A DNA stretch of 62,194 nt from Reclinomonas americana ATCC 50394 (Eukaryota), in contig PS015044.1 in assembly GCA_048213135.1 (NCBI GenBank), positions 1 to 62,194 of the forward strand, read 5' to 3'. Made by a program: the position numbers and the translations under genes. Every line of letters begins with the position of its first letter. Position 1 is the first letter of the stretch. The notes beneath the pieces were generated by a model that saw nothing but the letters and a program-made list of their open reading frames with translations, was not told the DNA's origin and did no database searches. Of this stretch, positions 43,185-62,194 are shown one piece after another.

Positions 43185-43827
43185 ACGTGCATGTGTGCGT
43201 GTACACTGATTGCAGTCTCACTCAGAAGTTTGCAATCATTGCAGTTTGTGCTCACTTCCAGCACTCTTTTCACGCACTCTGCACTCGTCTGCACTCACTC
43301 ACACTCTCTGCACTTATTCTGCACTCTCTGTGCACACACCTTACGCTCTTCTTCACTCACTGCACTCACTTTCTGCACACATTTCACACACACATTCACA
43401 CACATTCACACTCTGCACACCTAATACACACTGCACACACTCTCCTGCTCTCTCTGCACACTTTGCACTCTCTCCACATACTTTACGCTCTCTTCTGCAC
43501 TCATTACACACACTTTTCGCACACTTTGCACACTGGTCACATTACACTCTCGTTGCACACTCTTCTGCTCTCCTCCTGCACTCTTCTGCACTCACACTGC
43601 ACACTTTGCATACACTAGTCACCCTCTCCTCTCTCTTCCTCACCCTTTCCTCACCCTTTCCTCTCCCTTTCCTCTCCCTTTCCTCACCCTTTCCTCACCC
43701 TTTCCTCACCTTCTCCTCACCCTTTCCTCAACTCTTGCTCACCCTTTCCTCACCCTTTCCTCACCCTTTGGCTCACCCTTTCCTCACCTTCTCCTCACCT
43801 TCTCCTCCTCTTCTCCACAGCGAAGCA

Positions 43828-49903
<6,076 letters not shown>

Positions 49904-50171
49904 AGAAGAGCCAACTAATGATGATAGAAAAAACACGTTTGTGGCAGTGTACTGCAGATTTTTGATGTTTCTTTTAGGAGCACGACGCCGCCTGCACGAA
50001 GACGAGATATGTAGAGAACGGAGGGAGAGATAAAGAAAAGAAGAGCGAAAAAAGTTGAGGCAGGAGGAACACCAAGAAAACAAGCAAACCTCCGCAGAGA
50101 CACTGGGGCATTCACAATAGGGGAAAAAGGGCGGAACAAAAAACGGGAGAGGTGCGGCACAGAAGGAGCTC

Positions 50172-53100
50172 TCACACAACGGCGCCTGAGGCCGACAATC
50201 CGAGAATGATCAGCTCCATTTCCGTCAGATCGGCTGGTCTCTCCGGCACAGCCGACAGACCACCGTCGCCTGAGCCACTTGCACTGCCCATATCCGCCGG
50301 CGGTCCAAATGGTGCAATGGGCTCTTGTGCGAATGGTGTACCTATCACACAGAGGTGAGTGAGCGACCGCAAAGCAACGGAGGCCATAAGACGCGCGCAA
50401 CGCACCTTCGTAAACCACAGCTGCGCCAGGCTGCGGCACGTCGTACCACTGATGCATCATGACGTCTGTACGAATGGAAACATCAATCAGCACACGCGAG
50501 AGGAGCACCGGGGGAGACAAAAAGAATGTTGTACGTGACCTTGCGGCACCGAGTCTGGCATCACACGCGTGTACACGAGGGCAGTTGCAACTGGCCGGTT
50601 GCGATCTGTCGTGCTACCGATGGTCGATTCCAGCATGCGCTCCTCCGCAGCCGGTGTGACCCTATGGAGCACGCGACGAGGTTGAGTGCCAACGGAACCA
50701 AGAGAATTACCACGTATCACCACCATACACGCAACTTCTCGTCGTCGAATTTGTGCCAGTTTCCGTCGGCGCGGCCCGGGGTCGACATGTAGGCAAAATA
50801 GTGACCCGCTGCACGCATTGTTGTGGTCAGCAGCGATATCATGAGACAAGAAACGACAGTGATGCCAAACCATTCGCGCTGACACCAGCGTGCACCACCA
50901 CCTGAAAAGACAAAGTGAGGCGCTCGGATCGCACAGAGAACGACAACGCGATTCACAAACCGTGGACAATCGATAGGCATGTCGCGAAAACTGCTCAAAC
51001 ACGCGCAACAGCTCCAGCCGCTTCTGGCCAATCGCCTCATCCACCGCTGCGTGATCAAAAGTGAGCTTTTCAAACACACACCACAGTTGACAACCGAACA
51101 CAAACGCACCAGCCAGTACTTCGTTCGACTCATCGGCGCCACCCATTTCCGCCACGAGCTGCTCGCGCAACTCCAACTGACTGGCAATCTCGCGCTCGAT
51201 TTCCAGTCGTGCAAAGCGCTTCTCTTTCAACTCGTCCGCACTGACGCTCTCGTGGTAGCGATCGGGGAAGAACCAGCGTGGGTATTCGAACCGATCATGC
51301 ACGCGCACAGGTAGACCATTGTCCGTGATCACACGCTACACGGAAGAGAAATTCAGCATGGAGTGTGCCAATCACACTGTTGCACCCGTGCGCGTCACCT
51401 TCAAGAACATGACCAGCACGGGTGGCAGGTCACCAGCGAGCGTTTCGACTCGAGTGGCCTCCACACGATTGCCTTCAGGCGACATGTAGTCTTGCACGCG
51501 CTGCTCCTTGAACTCCTGGTCCAGTGACACATACACGTCCTTGTTGTCGCGCACAGGCAGCAGGAAGAAGCACGAGTCATCGCGGCGTGGCTCGGAGGAA
51601 CGCGGCACGCCGCGGTGCATGTACTGCATGCGCGACACGGTCTCGATCTTGAAAATGCTGCACCTCACGTCAGCGAAAAACACATAGAGGAGGCATTTCG
51701 AGTGACAATAGGTGCACACGGAACCTGCGAACAAGCTCTTTCCGTGAGCCACCCTTTTGCAGCGAGAACGCCGTCTCAATGGTGCTCCACAGGCGGCCGG
51801 CGAACTCGCCCACATCCTCTTGTGCACCCTTGACAAAACCGACCTCCCGCACGGTGCCGAGCACGCGCAGGAAGGACGCTGGGTTGACGCGAGGCGGCTC
51901 ACCATCGGCGCGGCTCTCTGCCAGCGCCATGTCGGAGAACAGCGCCTGCAGAGACAACAGCACTGCAATGGAGAATCAGTAAGACGACGTCGGATGCATT
52001 GAGTAAGGGAGCGAGACGCACGATAACATGCGCTCAAATTGCGCGACTGCTGCTCCATGTCCATGCCAACTGTCGCCACGCGAGAGATTTTCAGGACGAA
52101 TCACACGAGGCTGTTGCGCTTCACCGCACTCACCCCACGTGTCCCGCGACGACGGCTCGTACTCGAGAACGGCTCGTCGGAACACCGGCACCCAATAGTA
52201 CATCTGCACGACCGAGTCCACAAAGCAGGTGTTCTCGTGGCGAACCAAGCCGGTGAGCCTGCGTCGAAAACAAGAGGGCATGGATCAACAAAATGTGACC
52301 GTGAATGAGAATATACATAGTTATAAAATACGCACGGCAACGCCGTCTCGCTCTCCAGCCGCTCAAAGGGAAACTGGAACGCATGGATGCCGCCGTCCTC
52401 TGTGCATGGCAAATGAGACACACAAAAAACCACACAAAGCCACACAACGTCGCTCACGAGTCATGGCGTCGCGCATGAATGCCGAATCGCGTTCGTCGGC
52501 AATTCGCATCAACGCCTCGATGAACTCGTCGGCGCGCATCGGATCCAGCAGCATCCTGCGTGAAGAGATACATTTTCTGAGAGAACTTAAAAGATAGAGT
52601 GTGGGCCTCATTCGTCGCAACTGCGATTTGGTGGCCAGCACAACGGTAGCGTCGGCCGAGTTTGGGGTCACATTCAGCGGTGCGTACGGGAACTCTGCGC
52701 AAAGAGAGTCGGGGTCAGGTACAATGTAGAAGAGCCTGTGTGAGCGCACGGCAGCATGCTCACCTGCTTCCGGCCCGGCACTCGCTGGACCCTTGCCAAA
52801 GAGCGACTCGATGCGCTTCGCCATGACGTCTGTGACAGAGAAAAATGAGAAAAAGAACAGCACAGGAAAATGGTGATACACACTCTCGTACACACGCACC
52901 AGCACACTGTCCGTGGCCAATGAGAGCGGGAATGCCGCCAAACTGCGTGTGCTCAATGCGCAGCAAATCCATCACCATCTGCAGATCCTCGCCCATGTAC
53001 TGCCTTGTACCGTTTCGATCTGCACGGGGGGGCATTCGAAGACAAGTGAGCAGCACAGACACCAAGAAGGGAGGCACAAAGACGGACGCACATTCCCTCT

Positions 53101-56100
53101 CAAACTTGATGACCCAGCCCCAAATCAAGCCATGCATTTCGGCATGTGCACGGCGGAACGGCGCCAACTTGTTCTCGCGCAGAACCGCCGCCGCCGACAT
53201 GTCGCGATCGGGTAACCGGAAGGCCATTTCGCCGTTGATCTCGTCTGGCTCGGCGCCCATGATCTGCGGAGAGGAGAAGGGGAATGAGGAGAAGGGGAAT
53301 AAGGGGAAGACATGGGGGAAGACATGGGGGAAGACTGGGGGGAAAGACAGGGGGAAAGACAAGGGGGAAAGACATGGGGGGAAAGACAAGGGGGAAAGAC
53401 AGGGGGGAAAGACNNNNNNNNNNNNNNNNNNNNNNNNNNNNNNNNNNNNNNNNNNNNNNNNNNNNNNNNNNNNNNNNNNNNNNNNNNNNNNNNNNNNNNN
53501 NNNNNNNNNNNNNNNNNNNNNNNNNNNNNNNNNNNNNNNNNNNNNNNNNNNNNNNNNNNNNNNNNNNNNNNNNNNNNNNNNNNNNNNNNNNNNNNNNNNN
53601 NNNNNNNNNNNNNNNNNGCAAGAGGGGAGGAGAAGAAGGGAGGAAGAAGCGAGTAAGATGCTCCATGTGCACAAGGATAGCAACAATGTAACAAGAGGAG
53701 AACGGCAGAGAAACGAGGTGAAGATAACACGAGATGAAAGACGCAACAGAAGCGAAAGGGTGCGGAAAGCAGAGAAGCAGAGATCAGCACAGAGTGAGAT
53801 TGTAGGATACAGCAAATGAGGGGGATGGATGCCTACACCGCGATGAAGGACGTCTACAAGAATCAAGACGGGAGCTCACCATCAGCAAGTGACCATTGGC
53901 CATGAGTTGCGGTTGCTTGGGATCGTGCGGGTCGGCAAAGATTCGGCGACTATCCATAGAAAACATGAGCAATCAAGACAATGTCACAAGCAAAACAGAG
54001 CAAGCATGCGACGTACAGTGGGTCCTCGGGGTTGTCGAGAATGTCGTCCATCCAGCGCATGATGCGCACCAGGCCTGTCGTCGGCAAATGAGCGGCAATC
54101 ATAACAACCAATGCCACGTGGACAGGAAAACTCACCGCGCACAAAAATGAGATCATTTCGCGCTTCGCCCTTGAGTTCGACCGCACCCGGATCTGTGGTG
54201 CTGGCCAGCAAGTACGTGTACACCTCGTCACCGGAGCGCGGGTCGCTGCACCGCCGCACATCAGCACAGGCGCGCGCAGGGCAAACACGCGTTGCATCAA
54301 GGGAGACTCACCGCCACACATACAGCTTGTCGTCCTTGCTGCCATTGTAGCGCTCGTGTCGAGTAAAGTGGTACATCGGGTACGAGTCCTCCGGCAGCGC
54401 CGGGCTTCCCTCGTACTTGCGCAACTGCGCTCGCGAGAGTGAGGAATTGCGATCACCTCGCGCTGTCTCTGTTCCTTTTCTCTATCTCTTACTTGCTATC
54501 CCTCTCTCTCTCTCATTCAATCCGTCTCTCTCACTCACTCACTCGCTCTCATTATATTCCTCTCTCACAAAATTCGCTCTCTCGCACTCACTCGCTCTCT
54601 CGCACTCACTCTCTCTCTCTCTCTCTCGCATTCACTAGCTCTCATTATATCCCTCTCTCACAAATTCGCTCTCATTCAATCCATCTCTCCCTCTCTCACT
54701 TTTTTACTCACTCTGTATTTCTCACCCCCTCTTCACTCACTCTCCTCTTTCTCTCTTTCTCTCACCCTCTCTCTCCCTCTCGCACACTCCCCTCTCTCTC
54801 TTCCCTCTCCCTCTCTCACCTCCACGTGCAGCGAGCGAATGCTCTCGTGGCAGCCGAACCAGCGAGCAGTGTACGTGTACGCACGACCATCCTTCTCGCC
54901 ATGTCCTCGCATCACCGGGGTGACGGAGCGCCACATGTGGGCCTTGTTGGCCAGTTTCACCTGTGCAACAAAGGAGTCAGTTCTCTCTGCCGCATTTCTC
55001 CGCAAACGCCATGTGCAAACCATCTTTTGCCCAATCTGCATGGCATTGAAGAGGCGCCAGCGGTAGCCATTGTTCTCCATGAATCCCTCGTTCTGACCGC
55101 GAATCTGTTGCGTGACAAAGGTGACCATGTCCGGCGGCAGTGGACCGATCGACGCCGACGGCGTCGCCGGTGCCGATGCCGGTGCCGGCGCACCGACCCC
55201 GGACCCCACATCACCGCTGTCGCCACTCGCAGCGTCCGCGCCCAGCGGGTGCGACGTGTGTAGCGTGCTGTCCACCGACATGGCCGTGGTGCCGGTGCCG
55301 CCATCCGACGCCGTCNNNNNNNNNNNNNNNNNNNNNNNNNNNNNNNNNNNNNNNNNNNNNNNNNNNNNNNNNNNNNNNNNNNNNNNNNNNNNNNNNNNNN
55401 NNNNNNNNNNNNNNNNNNNNNNNNNNNNNNNNNNNNNNNNNNNNNNNNNNNNNNNNNNNNNNNNNNNNNNNNNNNNNNNNNNNNNNNNNNNNNNNNNNNN
55501 NNNNNNNNNNNNNNNNNNNNNNNNNNNNNNNNNNNNNNNNNNNNNNNNNNNNNNNNNNNNNNNNNNNNNNNNNNNNNNNNNNNNNNNNNNNNNNNNNNNN
55601 NNNNNNNNNNNNNNNNNNNNNNNNNNNNNNNNNNNNNNNNNNNNNNNNNNNNNNNNNNNNNNNNNNNNNNNNNNNNNNNNNNNNNNNNNNNNNNNNNNNN
55701 NNNNNNNNNNNNNNNNNNNNNNNNNNNNNNNNNNNNNNNNNNNNNNNNNNNNNNNNNNNNNNNNNNNNNNNNNNNNNNNNNNNNNNNNNNNNNNNNNNNN
55801 NNNNNNNNNNNNNNNNNNNNNNNNNNNNNNNNNNNNNNNNNNNNNNNNNNNNNNNNNNNNNNNNNNNNNNNNNNNNNNNNNNNNNNNNNNNNNNNNNNNN
55901 NNNNNNNNNNNNNNNNNNNNNNNNNNNNNNNNNNNNNNNNNNNNNNNNNNNNNNNNNNNNNNNNNNNNNNNNNNNNNNNNNNNNNNNNNNNNNNNNNNNN
56001 NNNNNNNNNNNNNNNNNNNNNNNNNNNNNNNNNNNNNNNNNNNNNNNNNNNNNNNNNNNNNNNNNNNNNNNNNNNNNNNNNNNNNNNNNNNNNNNNNNNN

Positions 56101-57544
56101 NNNNNNNNNNNNNNNNNNNNNNNNNNNNNNNNNNNNNNNNNNNNNNNNNNNNNNNNNNNNNNNNNNNNNNNNNNNNNNNNNNNNNNNNNNNNNNNNNNNN
56201 NNNNNNNNNNNNNNNNNNNNNNNNNNNNNNNNNNNNNNNNNNNNNNNNNNNNNCATTCGAGACATGGATGCCGACGATGATTTCGTGCTGTTTGCCGACG
56301 AGGATGAGGATGAGGTGGAGACGCAGACGGCGCTGGCGCAGTACCGGGCCACCTTGCCGCCGCCGCCACCTCCACCACCGGCACTGCCGGCAGCGGGAGA
56401 GGGCACGGCCGGAGAGACGGACAAGGGCGGCGACGCTATCAGCACCATGGCGCCTGCACTGTCGCCGGTGCCGAGTGANNNNNNNNNNNNNNNNNNNNNN
56501 NNNNNNNNNNNNNNNNNNNNNNNNNNNNNNNNNNNNNNNNNNNNNNNNNNNNNNNNNNNNNNNNNNNNNNNNNNNNNNNNNNNNNNNNNNNNNNNNNNNN
56601 NNNNNNNNNNNNNNNNNNNNNNNNNNNNNNNNNNNNNNNNNNNNNNNNNNNNNNNNNNNNNNNNNNNNNNNNNNNNNNNNNNNNNNNNNNNNNNNNNNNN
56701 NNNNNNNNNNNNNNNNNNNNNNNNNNNNNNNNNNNNNNNNNNNNNNNNNNNNNNNNNNNNNNNNNNNNNNNNNNNNNNNNNNNNNNNNNNNNNNNNNNNN
56801 NNNNNNNNNNNNNNNNNNNNNNNNNNNNNNNNNNNNNNNNNNNNNNNNNNNNNNNNNNNNNNNNNNNNNNNNNNNNNNNNNNNNNNNNNNNNNNNNNNNN
56901 NNNNNNNNNNNNNNNNNNNNNNNNNNNNNNNNNNNNNNNNNNNNNNNNNNNNNNNNNNNNNNNNNNNNNNNNNNNNNNNNNNNNNNNNNNNNNNNNNNNN
57001 NNNNNNNNNNNNNNNNNNNNNNNNNNNNNNNNNNNNNNNNNNNNNNNNNNNNNNNNNNNNNNNNNNNNNNNNNNNNNTTTGGCATATTGCGCAGGTTACC
57101 CCGTCGCGCGCCACCCGCCGGCGGCTGCTGCGGTTGTCGTGGCAGCGGTCGCTGCTGCAACGGCGGTGGCGGCGTGGTGGTCACCAGCGTCGGCGCAAAG
57201 TGGTGGCCGCCCATGCCACCGCCCATTGGCGACGGCTCGCCAGTGTACCGCATCACCGGTCGGTTGCGATCCTGGTAGGGCGCACCGCCGAAATCGTCCT
57301 CCTCGTCGTCATCCGTGGTGTGAATGGGCGGGTGATGCGTGCCGCTGACCACTGTCGGGTACTGCCGGAGCGGGTGTTGATGTTGCCCGTGGGAGGGGGG
57401 TGGGGGCGAGGGTTGCACAGAGGAGGAGGGCGACTGTACGGGGGAGCGGAAGCTCTCGTCGTCGTCGGCAGCGGAGGGGACACCGGCGGGTGGGGGGTTG
57501 CCGCTGCCGCTGGCATGCATCTCCGCGTCGCCGCGATGGTCCAT
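50172..57544 (-). CDS. Ubiquitin-specific protease (USP, peptidase C19) with long N-terminal extension; segment 56254-56478 appears inverted
   Basis: Cys box GLVRHENTCFVDSVVQ, QEDVGEF, LPPVLVMFLKR, His box VVVHAGVSANAGHYFAY, WHKFDDEKV. Putative ATG at 57544 and TGA at 50172. Confidence 0.88.
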
Positions 57545-58829
57545 GTCTGGGGAGGGGAAAGGGAGATAGGGGGGAGAAAGGGGGGGGGGGGGGAAGAGGG
57601 GTGAGAGGGAGAGGGGGGAAGAGTGGAGGCACGAGAGAAAGGGGATTGTGGGAGACAAGGGAGGAACGAGGAAGGAGGCACCGAAGGGCATGAGAATGGG
57701 AGTGTAAGTGAGTGTGAGGGGCAAGAGAGGAATGAGGAACGAGTGTGCGTGTGTGCAGAAGGGAATGTATGTGTGTGTGAGAGAAAGCAGAGCAGAGCAG
57801 AGCAGAGCAGAGCAGAGCAGAGCAGAGCAGAGCAGAGCAGGGAGAGGGCAAAAAGGGAGAACGAATGGATGGGAAGGGCATGAGAATGGGAGTGCAAGTG
57901 AAAGAGAATGAGGAACGAGTGTGCGTGTGTGCAGAAGGGAGTGTATGAATGTGTGTGTGTGTGAGAGAGAGGGAGAGAGAGAGGGCAAAAAGTGAGAATG
58001 GGAGTGCAAGTGAGAGTGAGGGGCAAGAGAGGAGTGAGGAACGAGTGTGCATGTGTGCGGAAGGGAGTATGTGTGTGTGTGTGAGAGAGAGAGAGGATGA
58101 GTGAGGAATGCGGAAAAAGGCACTGGGGGGACGAGACAATGCATCATGTGAATGTGTGCATGTGAGAATGTCGAATGCACGGTTGCAAGTGCATGTCAAG
58201 CGTGAGTGCACAAAGGAGCTGTGAGAGAGTGAGACAGCGAGAGAGAGAGTCTGTGTGTGTGTGAGAGTGAGAGAGAGAAAATGGGAGGAGAATGCACAAG
58301 AAAGTTGGAGTTTCTCTCTCTCTTTCAGTGTGTGTGTGTGAGCGAGTGTGTGTGTGTGTGAGAGAGAGAGAGTGCATGTGTGTGAGTATGTGTGAGNNNN
58401 NNNNNNNNNNNNNNNNNNNNNNNNNNNNNNNNNNNNNNNNNNNNNNNNNNNNNNNNNNNNNNNNNNNNNNNNNNNNNNNNNNNNNNNNNNNNNNNNNNNN
58501 NNNNNNNNNNNNNNNNNNNNNNNNNNNNNNNNNNNNNNNNNNNNNNNNNNNNNNNNNNNNNNNNNNNNNNNNNNNNNNNNNNNNNNNNNNNNNNNNNNNN
58601 NNNNNNNNNNNNNNNNNNNNNNNNNNNNNNNNNNNNNNNNNNNNNNNNNNNNNNNNNNNNNNNNNNNNNNNNNNNNNNNNNNNNNNNNNNNNNNNNNNNN
58701 NNNNNNNNNNNNNNNNNNNNNNNNNNNNNNNNNNNNNNNNNNNNNNNNNNNNNNNNNNNNNNNNNNNNNNNNNNNNNNNNNNNNNNNNNNNNNNNNNNNN
58801 NNNNNNNNNNNNNNNNNNNNNNNNNNNNN

Positions 58830-58877
<48 letters not shown>

Positions 58878-59224
58878 GCCTGTGAGTGTGTGAGTATGTG
58901 TGTGAAAAGCGGAGAATAGTAAACCAAACTCTCTGGACAGTTGCGTGTGTGTGAGAGAGTGAGAGTGAGAGAGTGCGGAAGAGACACAGGAGGAGAGAGA
59001 CAGAGAGGAAATGAGAGAGAGAAGAGTGTGTGCAAGAGAGAGCAAGGGTCAATTGTGCTATTAATGTTCACTTTGTTCTTGTTGTCTGTCTTGACACGCA
59101 ACTTGTTCACTGCGAAAAGAGACAAATACGTCACTCTCTCTCGCGAACACACGAATTACAAACTCTCACAGAGAGACACAAAGAGAGAGAACTGCAGTCG
59201 CTTCTTTGAGTGCGTGTGAGTTGT

Positions 59225-59925
59225 GTGAGAGGACAGAGACAATGCCGCGCGAGCAGCTACTGTCCAGTTGATAAAAACATGCCAAACGCTTGTTTGACAT
59301 TGGTGATAGCAAAACAGTGACACATAGGAAGAGAGAGGGAATGAGAGCGTCGTGATGCCGTTCTCTCTTCCCGCGCTGTTTTTTGATCAGAGGACAATGA
59401 ATGTGACAATGCATGCGTGCGTCATCGCATTGTCCAGTTGAAAGCAAACATGCCAAACGCTCTTCATTGTTTGACATTGCTGATAAGAAATACAGTGATA
59501 CTAGTAAAGAGAGAGGGAATGAGAGCGTCGCGTTCTCTCTTCCCGCGCTGTTTTTGATCTGAACAGAGACAATGCGCGCGAGCCACTGTCCTTGTGCACA
59601 AAAAAAAAACAACACGCCCGTCTCTCGTTTGTCTTGTGGACGAGGTATGAATTGCGGAAGGAGAGAGTGCGTGAGAGAACGAAACGAAGAGAGATCTTGG
59701 CTTTTTGTTTGGATGTGACAATGCATACGTGAGTCGACGTCATCGCGCGCGCGCATTGTCCATTTGATAGCAACGCGACCGTCTCTTTCGGCCTTGGTGT
59801 TTCAGTGCAGCGATGTGTGAGTGAGAGTGCGAGAGTGTGAAGGAACGAAAGAGAGATCCCGTTCTCGTTTTCCCTGCTTTTTTTGTTGGGAGGACAGAGA
59901 CAATCGCGCGCGAGCCATGATCACA
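59225..59925. repeat. Diverged local repeats in the divergent USP/BUD23 intergenic region
   Basis: GACAGAGACAAT-GCGCGCGAGC, ATGTGACAATGCAT, TGTCCAGTTGA and GAGAGAGGGAATGAGAGCGTCG each recur 2-3 times. Confidence 0.7.
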
Positions 59926-59935
59926 CTCTTTGAAC

Positions 59936-62089
59936 ATGAGTCGCCCTGAGCACGTCGCGCCCCCGCAGTTGGTGTGTGTGTGTGTGTGTGTGTGTGTGTT
60001 TATGTGTGCAGAGAGAGAGAGAGAGTGTGCGTGTGTTCTTCAGTCAAAAGAATGTGCTCACTTTTTGTCATCTGTCTCTTTTTCTTTAGTTCTATGATGA
60101 CAAGGAGGCGCGCAAGTATGCTGATAAGTTGAGTGCGGCGGGTGTGAAAGAGAGAGAGGAGTGGAGAGTGAGAGAGTGGGGTGATTTGTGTGTGCGATGG
60201 TCTACGTGCACATTCACATCACCAACTTTTTTGCGCACCTTTTGCCCTCCCTTTCACTCACTTGCTCTCTCCCTCACTCACTTGCACACTCCCTCCCTCA
60301 CTTGCACACTCTCTCCCTCACTTGTACACTCTCTCCCTCACTCTCTCACTCACTCTCACTCACATTCACTCACTTGCACACTCTTTTACTCACTTGCACA
60401 CTCACTCACTTGCACACTCTCTCCCTCACTTGCACACTCTTTCACTCACTTTCACACTCTCTCCCTCACTTGCACACTCTCTCACTCACTTGCACACTCT
60501 CTCCCTCACATGCACACTCTCGCCCTCACTTGCACACTCTTTCACTCACTTGCACACTCTCTCACTCACCCACTTCCACACTCTTTCACTCACTTGCACA
60601 CTCTCCCCCTCACTTGTACACTCTCGCCCTCACTTGCAAACTCTCTCACTCACTTGCACACTCTCTCACTCACTTGCACACTCTTTTACTCACTTGCACA
60701 CTCACTCACTCAGACACTCTCCCTCTCTCTCCCACACTCCCTTCCTCCCCTCCTCTCTCCCCCTTCTCTCTTTCCTCACTCATCTCACCTCCTTCCCAGC
60801 TCTCGCATGATCCGCATCCAATCGCAAATGAGTGAGCGCTGTTTGGAACTTCTGTGCCTGCCCGACGATCAGGAACCGCGTTTTCTGCTGGACATTGGGT
60901 GCGGGAGTGGCTTGAGTGGATCGGTGCTGACCGAGGAGGGGCACGTGTGGGTCGGACTTGATATTAGTCCGTTCATGCTCAGTTGCGTGCTGGAGATGAA
61001 GGAGCGAGAGCGAAGAGGGAGAGTGAGTCACGTGACTTAATCAGCCACTTACTTGCCCCGTCGCTCTCTCACTCCCTTGTTGTTCTCACTCCCTTGTCGC
61101 TCTCTCCCTCCTTCATCGTTCTCTCTCCCTCCTTCATCGTTCTCACTCCCTCCTTCATCGTTCTCACTCCCTCCTTTGTCGTTCTCACTCCATCGTCGCT
61201 CTCACCCATTGTCGTTCTCCATCGTCCCTCTCACTCGCTTGTCGCTCTTCCTGATTCATCGCTTTCCCTCCTTTGTCGCTGTCTCACTCCATTGTAGTTC
61301 TCTCCCTCCATTGTAGTTCTCTCCCTCCTTTGTCGTTCTCCCACTCCCTTTTCGCTCTCCCGCTCCCTTGTCGCTCTCCCGCTCCCTTGTCGTTCTCTCA
61401 CTCCCTTGTCGCTCTCCCTCCCTTGTAGCTCTCTCCCTTCCTTGTAGCTCTCTCCCTTCCTTGTCGCTCTTTCTCCCTCGTCTATCTCTCACTCCCTCGT
61501 CTTACATTCTCTCTCTCTTTTTCTCTCTCTCTCTCTCTCACTCCCTCATCTCTCCATGCCCTCCCCTTCACCGCCCCCCTCCTTTGTCGCTGTCCCTCAC
61601 CACCTCCACTCCACAGAAGTGGCCCTCGAGCGAGAAATGGAGGGCGACCTGTTCCTGCACGACATGGGCAGCGGTATGCCCTTCCGCCCTGGCTCATTCG
61701 ACGGTGCCGTTAGGTATGGCAGAGCCCCTCTCACTTACCATCCCCAGCCATCGCGATATCCACTAACACTCGTCTACCAAATTACACAGCGTCTCCGCAC
61801 TGCAGTGGCTGTTCACTGTCGACCGCAAGGAGGACTCGGCCTTCAAGAGAATATCGAAATTCTTCGAGACTCTGTATTCGTGTCTGGCCAAGTTGCGTCG
61901 GCAGCCTGTTTACTGCGCGCGCCACTTTCGCCTTGCCATTCATTTCTTGTCCATCAGGGGCTCTCGTGCCGTGCTCCAATTCTACCCCGAGAATCCACAG
62001 CAAATGGAAATGGTGACTGCGGCGGCCACCAAGGCTGGTTTCGCCGGCGGTATTGTGATTGACTATCCGAACAGTCGAAGGGCGAAGAA
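59936..62089 (+). CDS. BUD23: 18S rRNA m7G methyltransferase Bud23/WBSCR22 (3' end beyond window)
   Basis: Exons 59936-59971, 60090-60127, 60800-60981, 61617-61713, 61790-61891, 61958-62089 give [32 protein letters not shown]...LLDIGCGSGLSG...PFRPGSFDGAVSVSALQWL...RAVLQFYPEN...AGFAGGIVIDYPNSRRAK. Confidence 0.97.
60250..60715 (+). repeat. Intronic minisatellite, about 20-22-nt unit CTCACTTGCACACTCTCT(CC/CA)
   Basis: Tandem units in BUD23 intron 2. Confidence 0.92.
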
Positions 62090-62194
62090 GTTGCGTGCTT
62101 GTACAAGGGTGTCGAGTCCGTGAAGGAGGGAATGTGTGGACGTTTCTGGAAGCGCGCTCTCTCACGATTTGCATGATTCCGGGCACGCCAGTGC

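Noticed and set aside
60128-60799. Non-canonical TT-starting introns (AG|TTGAG reading)
   Set aside because: The conserved Asn in DNSRM and the AG acceptors are recovered only with GT-AG boundaries.

Overview
Gapped eukaryotic scaffold, probably a protist. Exons are GC-rich, introns are many and often filled with repeats, and the genetic code is standard (TAA/TGA/TAG stops). It is not prokaryotic, and most ORFs in the supplied track are microsatellite or gap artefacts. By hand-splicing GT-AG introns I recover: a thioredoxin-like/MSP fusion (+), a low-complexity gene (-), a secreted EGF-like/Asp-box propeller protein (-), a frameshifted WD40 gene (-), a DHHC palmitoyltransferase (+), a very large helical/low-complexity protein (+), an M20 (PM20D1/CPS1-like) peptidase (-), a multipass membrane protein (-), an RNB/RNase II-family exoribonuclease with a likely organellar presequence (+), a USP deubiquitinase (-) and BUD23 (+, truncated by the window). 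The main signal is a second, abundant class of 5' splice site. About 20 of roughly 80 hand-modelled introns start GTTG(C/A)G, which is the ordinary GTG(C/A)G donor with an extra T at +3, and all of these follow an exon whose last base is not G. This suggests routine +1-shifted or bulged donor recognition. At least five gap-bounded contigs carry exons in the wrong orientation for their gene, most likely scaffolding errors. Also noted: a GC-AG intron, intron-specific satellites with complementary 5' blocks, and a 358-bp insertion with a 5-bp target duplication. All gene models are manual and unverified by RNA data.
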